DNA from: Azolla caroliniana
Taxonomy: Eukaryota; Plantae; Polypodiophyta
Length of the DNA: 17,631 nt
Assembly (NCBI GenBank): GCA_043228905.1
Contig: JBHGNT010000687.1
Location: 1 to 17,631, forward strand
Reading direction: 5' to 3'
Positions 1-11,621 of the stretch are shown here, in pieces (the first letter of the stretch is position 1; each line of letters opens with the position of its first letter). A program made the position numbers and the translations under genes. Below the pieces are notes generated by a model. That model was not told the DNA's origin, searched no databases, and saw nothing but the letters and a program-made list of their open reading frames with translations.

Positions 1-3000
1 ACTCCGTGCTCAAATTTGGTAATTTCGTCATGTCTCTCGACCTGAGTTTCAAAATCTTGATTTTTTAATTACATTCATAGCTAGCGTTGTTAGCTTCGAT
101 TCGCATGTTTGAACACAGAAATCCGATATCACACTCGCCAGGTATGAACATTTTATTTTACCTACTAGCTCTTCTCAACTCATTCCTCAAATTTAGTAAT
201 TTCGTCATGTCTCTCGACCTGAGTTTTAAAACCTTGATTTTTTAATTCCATATCATAGCTAGCGTTGTTAGCTTTGATTCGCAAGTTTTAACACAAAAAT
301 CCGATATCACACGATCCAGGTATGAACATTTTAATTTACCTACTATCTCCTCTAAACTCCCTCCTCAAATTATGTAATTTCGTCATGTCTGTCGACCTGA
401 GTTTCAAAATCTTAATTTTTTAATTCCAGATGATAGCTAGCGTTGTTAGCTTCGATTCGCTAGTTGGAACACAAAAATCCGATATCACAGTCGCTAGGTA
501 TGAACATTTTAATTTACTCAAGGGCTCCTTTGAACTCCCTCCTCAAATGTGGTAATTTCATCATGTCTCTCGACCTGAGCTTCAAAATCTTGATTTTTTA
601 ATTCCATATCATAGCTAGCGTTGTTAGCTTCGATTCGCATGTTTGAACACAAAAAACCGATATCACACTCGCCAGGTATGAACATTTTAATTTACTCAAG
701 GGTTCCTCTCAACTCCCTCCTCAAATTTGGTAATTTCGTCATGTCTCTCGACCTGAGTTTCAAAATCTTGATTTTTTAATTCCATATCATAGCTAGCGTT
801 GTTAGCTTCGATTCGCATGTTTGAATACAAAAATCCGATATCACACGAGCCAGGTATGAACATTTTAATTTACTCAAGGGCTCCTTTGAACTCCCTCGTC
901 AAATGTGGTAATTTCGTCATGTCTCTCGACCTGAGTTTCAAAATCTTGATTTTTTAAGTCCATATCATAGCTAGCGTTGTTAGCTTCGATTCGCATGTTT
1001 GAACACAAAAATCCGATATCACACGATCCAGGTATGAACATTTTAATTTACCTACTATCTCCTCTAAACTCCCTCCTCAAATTATGTAATTTCGTCATGT
1101 CTGTCGACCTGAGTTTCAAAATCTTAATTTTTTAATTCCAGATGATAGCTAGCGTTGTTAGCTTCGATTCGCTAGTTGGAACACATAAATCCGATATCAC
1201 ACTCGCTAGGTATGAACATTTTAATTTACTCAAGGGCTCCTTTGAACTCCCCCCTAAAATGTGGTAATTTCGTCATGTCTCTCGACCTGAGTTTCAAAAT
1301 CTTGATTTTTTAAGTCCATATCATAGCTAGCGTTGTTAGCTTCGATTCGCAAGTTTGAACACAAAAATCCGATATCACACGAACCAGGTATGAACATTTT
1401 AATTTACTCAAGGGCTCCTCTCAACTCCGTGCTCAAATTTGGTAATTTCGTCATGTCTCTCGACCTGAGTTTCAAAATCTTGATTTTTTAATTCCATATC
1501 ATAGCTAGCGTTGTTAGCTTCGATTCGCATGTTTGAACACAAAAATCCGATATCACACGAGCCAGGTATGAACATTTTAATTTACTCAAGGGTTCCTCTC
1601 AACTCCCTCCTCAAATTTGGTAATTTCGTCATGTCTCTCGACCTGAGTTTCAAAATCTTGATTTTTTAAGTCCATATCATAGCTATTGTCTTTAGCTTCG
1701 ATTCGCATGTTTGAACACAAAAATCCGATATCACACGAGCCAGGTATGAACATTTTAATTTACCTACTAGCTCTTCTCAACTCATTCCTCAAATTTGGTA
1801 ATTTCGTCATGTCTCTCGACCTGAGTTTTAAAACCTTGATTTTTTAATTCCATATCATAGCTAGCGTTGTTAGCTTTGATTCGCAAGTTTGAACACAAAA
1901 ATCCGATATCACACGATCCAGGTATGAACATTTTAATTTACCTACTATCTCCTCTAAACTCCCTCCTCAAATTATGTAATTTCGTCATGTCTGTCGACCT
2001 GAGTTTCAAAATCTTAATTTTTTAATTCCAGATGATAGCTAGCGTTGTTAGCTTCGATTCGCTAGTTGGAACACAAAAATCCGATATCACACTCGCCAGG
2101 TATGAACATTTTAATTTACTCAAGGGTTCCTCTCAACTCCCTCTTCAAATTTGGTAATTTCGTCATGTCTCTCGACCTGAGTTTCAAAATCTTGATTTTT
2201 TAATTCCATATCATAGCTAGCGTTGTTAGCTTCGATTCGCATGTTTGAATACAAAAATCCGATATCACACGAGCCAGGTATGAACATTTTAATTTACTCA
2301 AGGGCTCCTTTGAACTCCCTCGTCAAATATGATAATTTCGTCATGTCTCTCGACCTGAGTTTCAAAATCTTGATTTTTTAAGTCCATATCATAGCTAGCG
2401 TCTTTAGCTTCGATTCGCATGTTTGAACACAAAAATCCGATATCACACGAGCCAGGTATGAACATTTTAATTTACTCAAGGGCTCCTTTGAACTCCCTCC
2501 TCAAATGTGGTAATTTCGTCATGTCTCTCGACCTGAGTTTCAAAATCTTGATTTTTTAAGTCCATATCATAGCTAGCGTTGTTAGCTTCGATTCGCAAGT
2601 TTGAACACAAAAATCCGATATCACACGAGCCAGGTATGAACATTTTAATTTACCTACTAGCTCTTCTCAACTCATTCCTCAAATTTGGTAATTTCGTCAT
2701 GTCTGTCGACCTGAGTTTCAAAATCTTAATTTTTTAATTCCAGATGATAGCTAGCGTTGTTAGCTTCGATTCGCTAGTTGGAACACAAAAATCCGATATC
2801 ACACTCGCCAGGTATGAACATTTTAATTTACTCAAGGGTTCCTCTCAACTCCCTCCTCAAATTTGGTAATTTCGTCATGTCTCTCGACATGAGTTTCAAA
2901 ATCTTGATTTTTTAATTCCATATCATAGCTAGCGTTGTTAGCTTCGATTCGCAAGTTTGAACACAAAAATCCGATATCACACAAGCCAGGTATGAACATT

Positions 3001-5250
3001 TTAATTTACTCAAGGGCTCCTTTGAACTCCCTCGTCAAATGTGATAATTTCGTCATGTCTCTCGACCTGAGTTTCAAAATCTTGATTTTTTAAGTCCATA
3101 TCATAGCTAGCGTCTTTAGCTTCGATTCGCATGTTTGAACACAAAAATCCGATATCACACGAGCCAGGTATGAACATTTTAATTTACTCAAGGGCTCCTC
3201 TAAACTCCGTGCTCAAATTTGGTAATTTCGTCATGTCTCTCGACCTGAGTTTCAAAATCTTGATTTTTTAATTACATTCATAGCTAGCGTTGTTAGCTTC
3301 GATTCGCATGTTTGAACACAGAAATCCGATATCACACTCGCCAGGTATGAACATTTTATTTTACCTACTAGCTCTTCTCAACTCATTCCTCAAATTTAGT
3401 AATTTCGTCATGTCTCTCGACCTGAGTTTTAAAACCTTGATTTTTTAATTCCATATCATAGCTAGCGTTGTTAGCTTTGATTCGCAAGTTTTAACACAAA
3501 AATCCGATATCACACGATCCAGGTATGAACATTTTAATTTACCTACTATCTCCTCTAAACTCCCTCCTCAAATTATGTAATTTCGTCATGTCTGTCGACC
3601 TGAGTTTCAAAATCTTAATTTTTTAATTCCAGATGATAGCTAGCGTTGTTAGCTTCGATTCGCTAGTTGGAACACAAAAATCCGATATCACAGTCGCTAG
3701 GTATGAACATTTTAATTTACTCAAGGGCTCCTTTGAACTCCCTCCTCAAATGTGGTAATTTCGTCATGTCTCTCGACCTGAGCTTCAAAATCTTGATTTT
3801 TTAATTCCATATCATAGCTAGCGTTGTTAGCTTCGATTCGCATGTTTGAACACAAAAATCCGATATCACACGAGCCAGGTATGAACATTTTAATTTACCT
3901 ACTAGCTCTTCTCAACTCATTCCTCAAATTTAGTAATTTCGTCATGTCTCTCGACCTGAGTTTTAAAACCTTGATTTTTTACTTCCATATCATAGCTAGC
4001 GTTGTTAGCTTCGATTCGCATGTTTGAATACAAAAATCCGATATCACACGAGCCAGGTATGAACATTTTAATTTACTCAAGGGCTCCTTTGAACTCCCTC
4101 GTCAAATGTGGTAATTTCGTCATGTCTCTCGACCTGAGTTTCAAAATCTTGATTTTTTAAGTCCATATCATAGCTAGCGTTGTTAGCTTCGATTCGCATG
4201 TTTGAACACAAAAATCCGATATCACACGATCCAGGTATGAACATTTTAATTTACCTACTATCTCCTCTAAACTCCCTCCTCAAATTATGTAATTTCGTCA
4301 TGTCTGTCGACCTGAGTTTCAAAATCTTAATTTTTTAATTCCAGATGATAGCTAGCGTTGTTAGCTTCGATTCGCTAGTTGGAACACATAAATCCGATAT
4401 CACACTCGCTAGGTATGAACATTTTAATTTACTCAAGGGCTCCTTTGAACTCCCTCCTAAAATGTGGTAATTTCGTCATGTCTCTCGACCTGAGTTTCAA
4501 AATCTTGATTTTTTAAGTCCATATCATAGCTAGCGTTGTTAGCTTCGATTCGCAAGTTTGAACACAAAAATCCGATATCACACGAACCAGGTATGAACAT
4601 TTTAATTTACTCAAGGGCTCCTCTCAACTCCGTGCTCAAATTTGGTAATTTCGTCATGTCTCTCGACCTGAGTTTCAAAATCTTGATTTTTTAATTCCAT
4701 ATCATAGCTAGCGTTGTTAGCTTCGATTCGCATGTTTGAACACAAAAATCCGATATCACACTCACCAGGTATGAACATTTTAATTTACTCAAGGGTTCCT
4801 CTCAACTCCCTCCTCAAATTTGGTAATTTCGTCATGTCTCTCGACCTGAGTTTCAAAATCTTGATTTTTTAAGTCCATATCATAGCTATTGTCTTTAGCT
4901 TCGATTCGCATGTTTGAACACAAAAATCCGATATCACACGAGCCAGGTATGAACATTTTAATTTACCTACTAGCTCTTCTCAACTCATTCCTCAAATTTA
5001 GTAATTTCGTCATGTCTCTCGACCTGAGTTTTAAAACCTTGATTTTTTAATTCCATATCATAGCTAGCGTTGTTAGCTTTGATTCGCAAGTTTGAACACA
5101 AAAATCCGATATCACACGATCCAGGTATGAACATTTTAATTTACCTACTATCTCCTCTAAACTCCCTCCTCAAATTATGTAATTTCGTCATGTCTGTCGA
5201 CCTGAGTTTCAAAATCTTAATTTTTTAATTCCAGATGATAGCTAGCGTTG
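1..5250. repeat. 18-monomer higher-order repeat (period 3203 bp): one full copy (1-3203) plus a partial second copy (3204 to about 5250)
   Basis: The 177-bp monomer with ACTCCGTGCT and ATTACATTCATAG occurs at 1 and 3204. Following markers recur in order at +3203: CAGTCGCTAGG, ACATAAAT, CGAACCAGG, CTATTGTCTTT. Monomers 4-5 and 22-23 differ locally. Confidence 0.85.
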
Positions 5251-5338
5251 TTAGCTTCGATTCGCATGTTTGAATACAAAAATCCGATATCACACGAGCC
5301 AGGTATGAACATTTTAGTTTACTCAAGGGCTCCTTTGA

Positions 5339-7330
5339 ACTCCCTCGTCAAATGTGGTAATTTCAACATGTCTCTCGACCTGAGTTTCAAAATCTTGATT
5401 TTTTAAGTCCATATCATAGCTATTGTCTTTAGCTTCGATTCGCATGTTTGAACACAAAAATCCGATATCACACGAGCCAGGTATGAACATTTTAATTTAC
5501 CTACTAGCTCTTCTCAACTCATTCCTCAAATTTGGTAATTTCGTCATGTCTCTCGACCTGAGTTTTAAAACCTTGATTTTTTAATTCCATATCATAGCTA
5601 GCGTTGTTAGCTTTGATTCGCAAGTTTGAACACAAAAATCCGATATCACACGATCCAGGTATGAACATTTTAATTTACCTACTATCTCCTCTAAACTCCC
5701 TCCTCAAATTATGTAATTTCGTCATGTCTGTCGACCTGAGTTTCAAAATCTTAATTTTTTAATTCCAGATGATAGCTAGCGTTGTTAGCTTCGATTCGCT
5801 AGTTGGAACACAAAAATCCGATATCACACTCGCCAGGTATGAACATTTTAATTTACTCAAGGGTTCCTCTCAACTCCCTCTTCAAATTTGGTAATTTCGT
5901 CATGTCTCTCGACCTGAGTTTCAAAATCTTGATTTTTTAATTCCATATCATAGCTAGCGTTGTTAGCTTCGATTCGCATGTTTGAATACAAAAATCCGAT
6001 ATCACACGAGCCAGGTATGAACATTTTAATTTACTCAAGGGCTCCTTTGAACTCCCTCGTCAAATATGATAATTTCGTCATGTCTCTCGACCTGAGTTTC
6101 AAAATCTTGATTTTTTAAGTCCATATCATAGCTAGCGTCTTTAGCTTCGATTCGCATGTTTGAACACAAAAATCCGATATCACACGAGCCAGGTATGAAC
6201 ATTTTAATTTACTCAAGGGCTCCTTTGAACTCCCTCCTCAAATGTGGTAATTTCGTCATGTCTCTCGACCTAAGTTTCAAAATCTTGATTTTTTAATTCC
6301 ATATGATAGCTAGTGTTGTTAGCTTCGATTCGCAAGTTTGAACACAAAAATCCGATATCACACGAGCCAGGTATGAACATTTTAATTTACCTACTAGCTC
6401 TTCTCAACTCATTCCTCAAATGTGGTAATTTCAACATGTCTCTCGACCTGAGTTTCAAAATCTTGATTTTTTAAGTCCATATCATAGCTATTGTCTTTAG
6501 CTTCGATTCGCATGTTTGAACACAAAAATCCGATATCACACGAGCCAGGTATGAACATTTTAATTTACCTACTAGCTCTTCTCAACTCATTCCTCAAATT
6601 TGGTAATTTCGTCATGTCTCTCGACCTGAGTTTTAAAACCTTGATTTTTTAATTCCATATCATAGCTAGCGTTGTTAGCTTTGATTCGCAAGTTTGAACA
6701 CAAAAATCCGATATCACACGATCCAGGTATGAACATTTTAATTTACCTACTATCTCCTCTAAACTCCCTCCTCAAATTATGTAATTTCGTCATGTCTGTC
6801 GACCTGAGTTTCAAAATCTTAATTTTTTAATTCCAGATGATAGCTAGCGTTGTTAGCTTCGATTCGCTAGTTGGAACACAAAAATCCGATATCACACTCG
6901 CCAGGTATGAACATTTTAATTTACTCAAGGGTTCCTCTCAACTCCCTCTTCAAATTTGGTAATTTCGTCATGTCTCTCGACCTGAGTTTCAAAATCTTGA
7001 TTTTTTAATTCCATATCATAGCTAGCGTTGTTAGCTTCGATTCGCATGTTTGAATACAAAAATCCGATATCACACGAGCCAGGTATGAACATTTTAATTT
7101 ACTCAAGGGCTCCTTTGAACTCCCTCGTCAAATATGATAATTTCGTCATGTCTCTCGACCTGAGTTTCAAAATCTTGATTTTTTAAGTCCATATCATAGC
7201 TAGCGTCTTTAGCTTCGATTCGCATGTTTGAACACAAAAATCCGATATCACACGAGCCAGGTATGAACATTTTAATTTACTCAAGGGCTCCTTTGAACTC
7301 CCTCCTCAAATGTGGTAATTTCGTCATGTC
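5339..7330. repeat. 6-monomer tandem duplication (period 1068 bp)
   Basis: The rare TTTCAACATG variant is in monomers starting at 5339 and 6407. Each is followed by the same order of subtypes (AAAACC/TTTGATTC, GTCGAC/CAGATG, CTCTTC/GAATAC, ATATGAT/CGTCTTT). Confidence 0.8.
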
Positions 7331-8185
7331 TCTCGACCTGAGTTTCAAAATCTTGATTTTTTAAGTCCATATCATAGCTAGCGTTGTTAGCTTCGATTCG
7401 CAAGTTTGAACACAAAAATCCGATATCACACGAGCCAGGTATGAACATTTTAATTTACCTACTAGCTCTTCTCAACTCATTCCTCAAATTTGGTAATTTC
7501 GTCATGTCTGTCGACCTGAGTTTCAAAATCTTAATTTTTTAATTCCAGATGATAGCTAGCGTTGTTAGCTTCGATTCGCTAGTTGGAACACAAAAATCCG
7601 ATATCACACTCGCCAGGTATGAACATTTTAATTTACTCAAGGGTTCCTCTCAACTCCCTCCTCAAATTTGGTAATTTCGTCATGTCTCTCGACCTGAGTT
7701 TCAAAATCTTGATTTTTTAATTCCATATCATAGCTAGCGTTGTTAGCTTCGATTCGCAAGTTTGAACACAAAAATCCGATATCACACAAGCCAGGTATGA
7801 ACATTTTAATTTACTCAAGGGCTCCTTTGAACTCCCTCGTCAAATGTGATAATTTCGTCATGTCTCTCGACCTGAGTTTCAAAATCTTGATTTTTTAAGT
7901 CCATATCATAGCTAGCGTCTTTAGCTTCGATTCGCATGTTTGAACACAAAAATCCGATATCACACGAGCCAGGTATGAACATTTTAATTTACTCAAGGGC
8001 TCCTCTCAACTCCGTGCTCAAATTTGGTAATTTCGTCATGTCTCTCGACCTGAGTTTCAAAATCTTGATTTTTTAATTCCATTCATAGCTAGCGTTGTTA
8101 GCTTCGATTCGCATGTTTGAACACAGAAATCCGATATCACACTCGCCAGGTATGAACATTTTAATTTACCTACTAGCTCCTCTAA

Positions 8186-11100
8186 ACTCCCTCCTCAAAT
8201 GTGGTAATTTCGTCATGTCGCTCGACCTGAGTTTCAAAATCTTGATTTTTTAATTTCATATCATAGCCTGCATTGTTAGCTTCGATGCGCAAGTTTGAAA
8301 ACAAAAATCCGATATCACACGAGCCAGGTACGAACATTTTAATTTACCTACTAGCTCCTCTAAACTCCCTCCTCAAATTTGGTAATTTCGTCATGTCTCT
8401 CGACCTGAGCTTCAAAATCTTGATTTTTTAATTCCATATCATAGCTAGCGTTGTTAGCTTCGATTCGCAAGTTTGAACACAAAAATCCGATATCACACGA
8501 GCCAGGTATGAACATATTTTAATTTACTCAAGGGCTCCTCTCAACTTAGTCCTCAAATTTGGTAATTTCGTCATGTCTCTCGACCTGAGTTTCAAAATCT
8601 TGATTTTTTAATTCCATATCATAGCTAGCGTTGTTAGCTTCGATTCGCAAGTTTGAACACAAAAATCCGATATCACACGAGCCAGGTATGAACATTTTAA
8701 TTTACCTACTAGCTCTTCTCAACTCATTCCTCAAATTTGGTAATTTCGTCATGTCTCTCGACCTGAGTTTTAAAACCTTGATTTTTTAATTCCATATCAT
8801 AGCTAGCGTTGTTAGCTTTGATTCGCAAGTTTGAACACAAAAATCCGATATCACACGATCCAGGTATGAACATTTTAATTTACCTACTATCTCCTCTAAA
8901 CTCCCTCCTCAAATTATGTAATTTCGTCATGTCTGTCGACCTGAGTTTCAAAATCTTAATTTTTTAATTCCAGATGATAGCTAGCGTTGTTAGCTTCGAT
9001 TCGCTAGTTGGAACACATAAATCCGATATCACACTCGCTAGGTATGAACATTTTAATTTACTCAAGGGCTCCTTTGAACTCCCTCCTAAAATGTGGTAAT
9101 TTCGTCATGTCTCTCGACCTGAGTTTCAAAATCTTAATTTTTTAATTCCATATCATAGCTAGCGTTGTTAGCTTCGATTCGCATGTTTGAACACAGAAAT
9201 CCGATATCACACTCGCCAGGTATGAACATTTTATTTTACCTACTAGCTCTTCTCAACTCATTCCTCAAATTTAGTAATTTCGTCATGTCTCTCGACCTGA
9301 GTTTTAAAACCTTGATTTTTTAATTCCATATCATAGCTAGCGTTGTTAGCTTTGATTCGCAAGTTTTAACACAAAAATCCGATATCACACGATCCAGGTA
9401 TGAACATTTTAATTTACCTACTATCTCCTCTAAACTCCCTCCTCAAATTATGTAATTTCGTCATGTCTGTCGACCTGAGTTTCAAAATCTTAATTTTTTA
9501 ATTCCAGATGATAGCTAGCGTTGTTAGCTTCGATTCGCTAGTTGGAACACAAAAATCCGATATCACAGTCGCTAGGTATGAACATTTTAATTTACTCAAG
9601 GGCTCCTTTGAACTCCCTCCTCAAATGTGGTAATTTCGTCATGTCTCTCGACCTGAGCTTCAAAATCTTGATTTTTTAATTCCATATCATAGCTAGCGTT
9701 GTTAGCTTCGATTCGCAAGTTTGAACACAAAAATCCGATATCACACGAGCCAGGTATGAACATTTTAATTTACTCAAGGGCTCCTCTCAACTTAGTCAAG
9801 GGCTCCTTTGAACTCCCTCCTCAAATGTGGTAATTTCGTCATGTCTCTCGACCTGAGTTTCAAAATCTTGATTTTTTAAGTCCATATCATAGCTAGCGTT
9901 GTTAGCTTCGATTCGCAAGTTTGAACACAAAAATCCGATATCACACGAGCCAGGTATGAACATTTTAATTTACCTACTAGCTCTTCTCAACTCATTCCTC
10001 AAATTTGGTAATTTCGTCATGTCTCTCGACTTGAGTTTAAAAATCTTGATTTTTTAATTCCATATGATAGCTAGCGTTGTTAGCTTCGATTCGCATGTTT
10101 GAATACAAAAATCCGATATCACACGAGCCAGGTATGAACATTTTAATTTACTCAACGGCTCCTTTGAACTCCCTCCTCAAATGTGGTAATTTCGTCATGT
10201 CTCTCGACCTGAGATTCAAAATCTTGATTTTTTAAGTCCATATCATAGCTAGCGTTGTTAGCTTCGATTCGCAAGTTTGAACACAAAAATCCGATATCAC
10301 ACGAGCCAGGTATGAACATTTTAATTTACCTACTAGCTCTTCTCAACTCATTCCTCAAATTTGGTAATTTCGTCATGTCTCTCGACCTGAGTTTTAAAAT
10401 CTTGATTTTTTAATTCCATATGATAGCTAGCGTTGTTAGCTTCGATTCGCAAGTTTGAACACAAAAATCCGATATCACACGATCCAGGTATGAACATTTT
10501 AATTTACCTACTAGCTCCTCTAAACTCCCTCCTCAAATGTGGTAATTTCGTCATGTCGCTCGACCTGAGTTTCAAAATCTTGATTTTTTAATTTCATATC
10601 ATAGCCTGCATTGTTAGCTTCGATGCGCAAGTTTGAAAACAAAAATCCGATATCACACGAGCCAGGTACGAACATTTTAATTTACCTACTAGCTCCTCTA
10701 AACTCCCTCCTCAAATTTGGTAATTTCGTCATGTCTCTCGACCTGAGCTTCAAAATCTTGATTTTTTAATTCCATATCATAGCTAGCGTTGTTAGCTTCG
10801 ATTCGCAAGTTTGAACACAAAAATCCGATATCACACGAGCCAGGTATGAACATATTTTAATTTACTCAAGGGCTCCTCTCAACTTAGTCCTCAAATTTGG
10901 TAATTTCGTCATGTCTCTCGACCTGAGTTTCAAAATCTTGATTTTTTAATTCCATATCATAGCTAGCGTTGTTAGCTTCGATTCGCAAGTTTGAACACAA
11001 AAATCCGATATCACACGAGCCAGGTATGAACATTTTAATTTACCTACTAGCTCTTCTCAACTCATTCCTCAAATTTGGTAATTTCGTCATGTCTCTCGAC

Positions 11101-11500
11101 CTGAGTTTTAAAACCTTGATTTTTTAATTCCATATCATAGCTAGCGTTGTTAGCTTTGATTCGCAAGTTTGAACACAAAAATCCGATATCACACGATCCA
11201 GGTATGAACATTTTAATTTACCTACTATCTCCTCTAAACTCCCTCCTCAAATTATGTAATTTCGTCATGTCTGTCGACCTGAGTTTCAAAATCTTAATTT
11301 TTTAATTCCAGATGATAGCTAGCGTTGTTAGCTTCGATTCGCTAGTTGGAACACATAAATCCGATATCACACTCGCTAGGTATGAACATTTTAATTTACT
11401 CAAGGGCTCCTTTGAACTCCCTCCTAAAATGTGGTAATTTCGTCATGTCTCTCGACCTGAGTTTCAAAATCTTAATTTTTTAATTCCATATCATAGCTAG
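8186..11500. repeat. 13-monomer higher-order repeat (period 2338 bp = 13x178+2+22): one full copy (8186-10523) plus a partial second copy
   Basis: The divergent monomer (TGTCGCTCGAC, AGCCTGCATTG, GGTACGAAC) starts at 8186 and 10524. Each is followed by a 180-bp monomer, an ACTTAGTCC monomer, then AAAACC-type and GTCGAC-type monomers. Confidence 0.85.
9774..9817 (+). repeat. 22-bp imperfect direct duplication making a 200-bp monomer (copy 1 of 3)
   Basis: TCAAGGGCTCCTCTCAACTTAG is followed by TCAAGGGCTCCTTTGAACTCCC. Confidence 0.9.
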
Positions 11501-11577
11501 CGTTGTTAGCTTCGATTCGCAAGTTTGAACACAAAAATCCGATATCACACGAGCCAGGTATGAACATTTTAATTTAC

Positions 11578-11621
11578 TCAAGGGCTCCTCTCAACTTAGT
11601 CAAGGGCTCCTTTGAACTCCC
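11578..11621 (+). repeat. 22-bp imperfect direct duplication making a 200-bp monomer (copy 2 of 3)
   Basis: Same 44-bp sequence as 9774-9817. Confidence 0.9.

Noticed and set aside
90-110. CENP-B box suggested by TTCG motifs
   Set aside because: None of the TTCG sites is followed by the required NNNNANNCGGG pattern.
3824-4027. 67-aa ORF from the ORF track
   Set aside because: It is translated satellite sequence with a TTG start. It is open only because a private A>C at 3982 turns the usual TAA into TAC. There is no recognisable domain or gene context.
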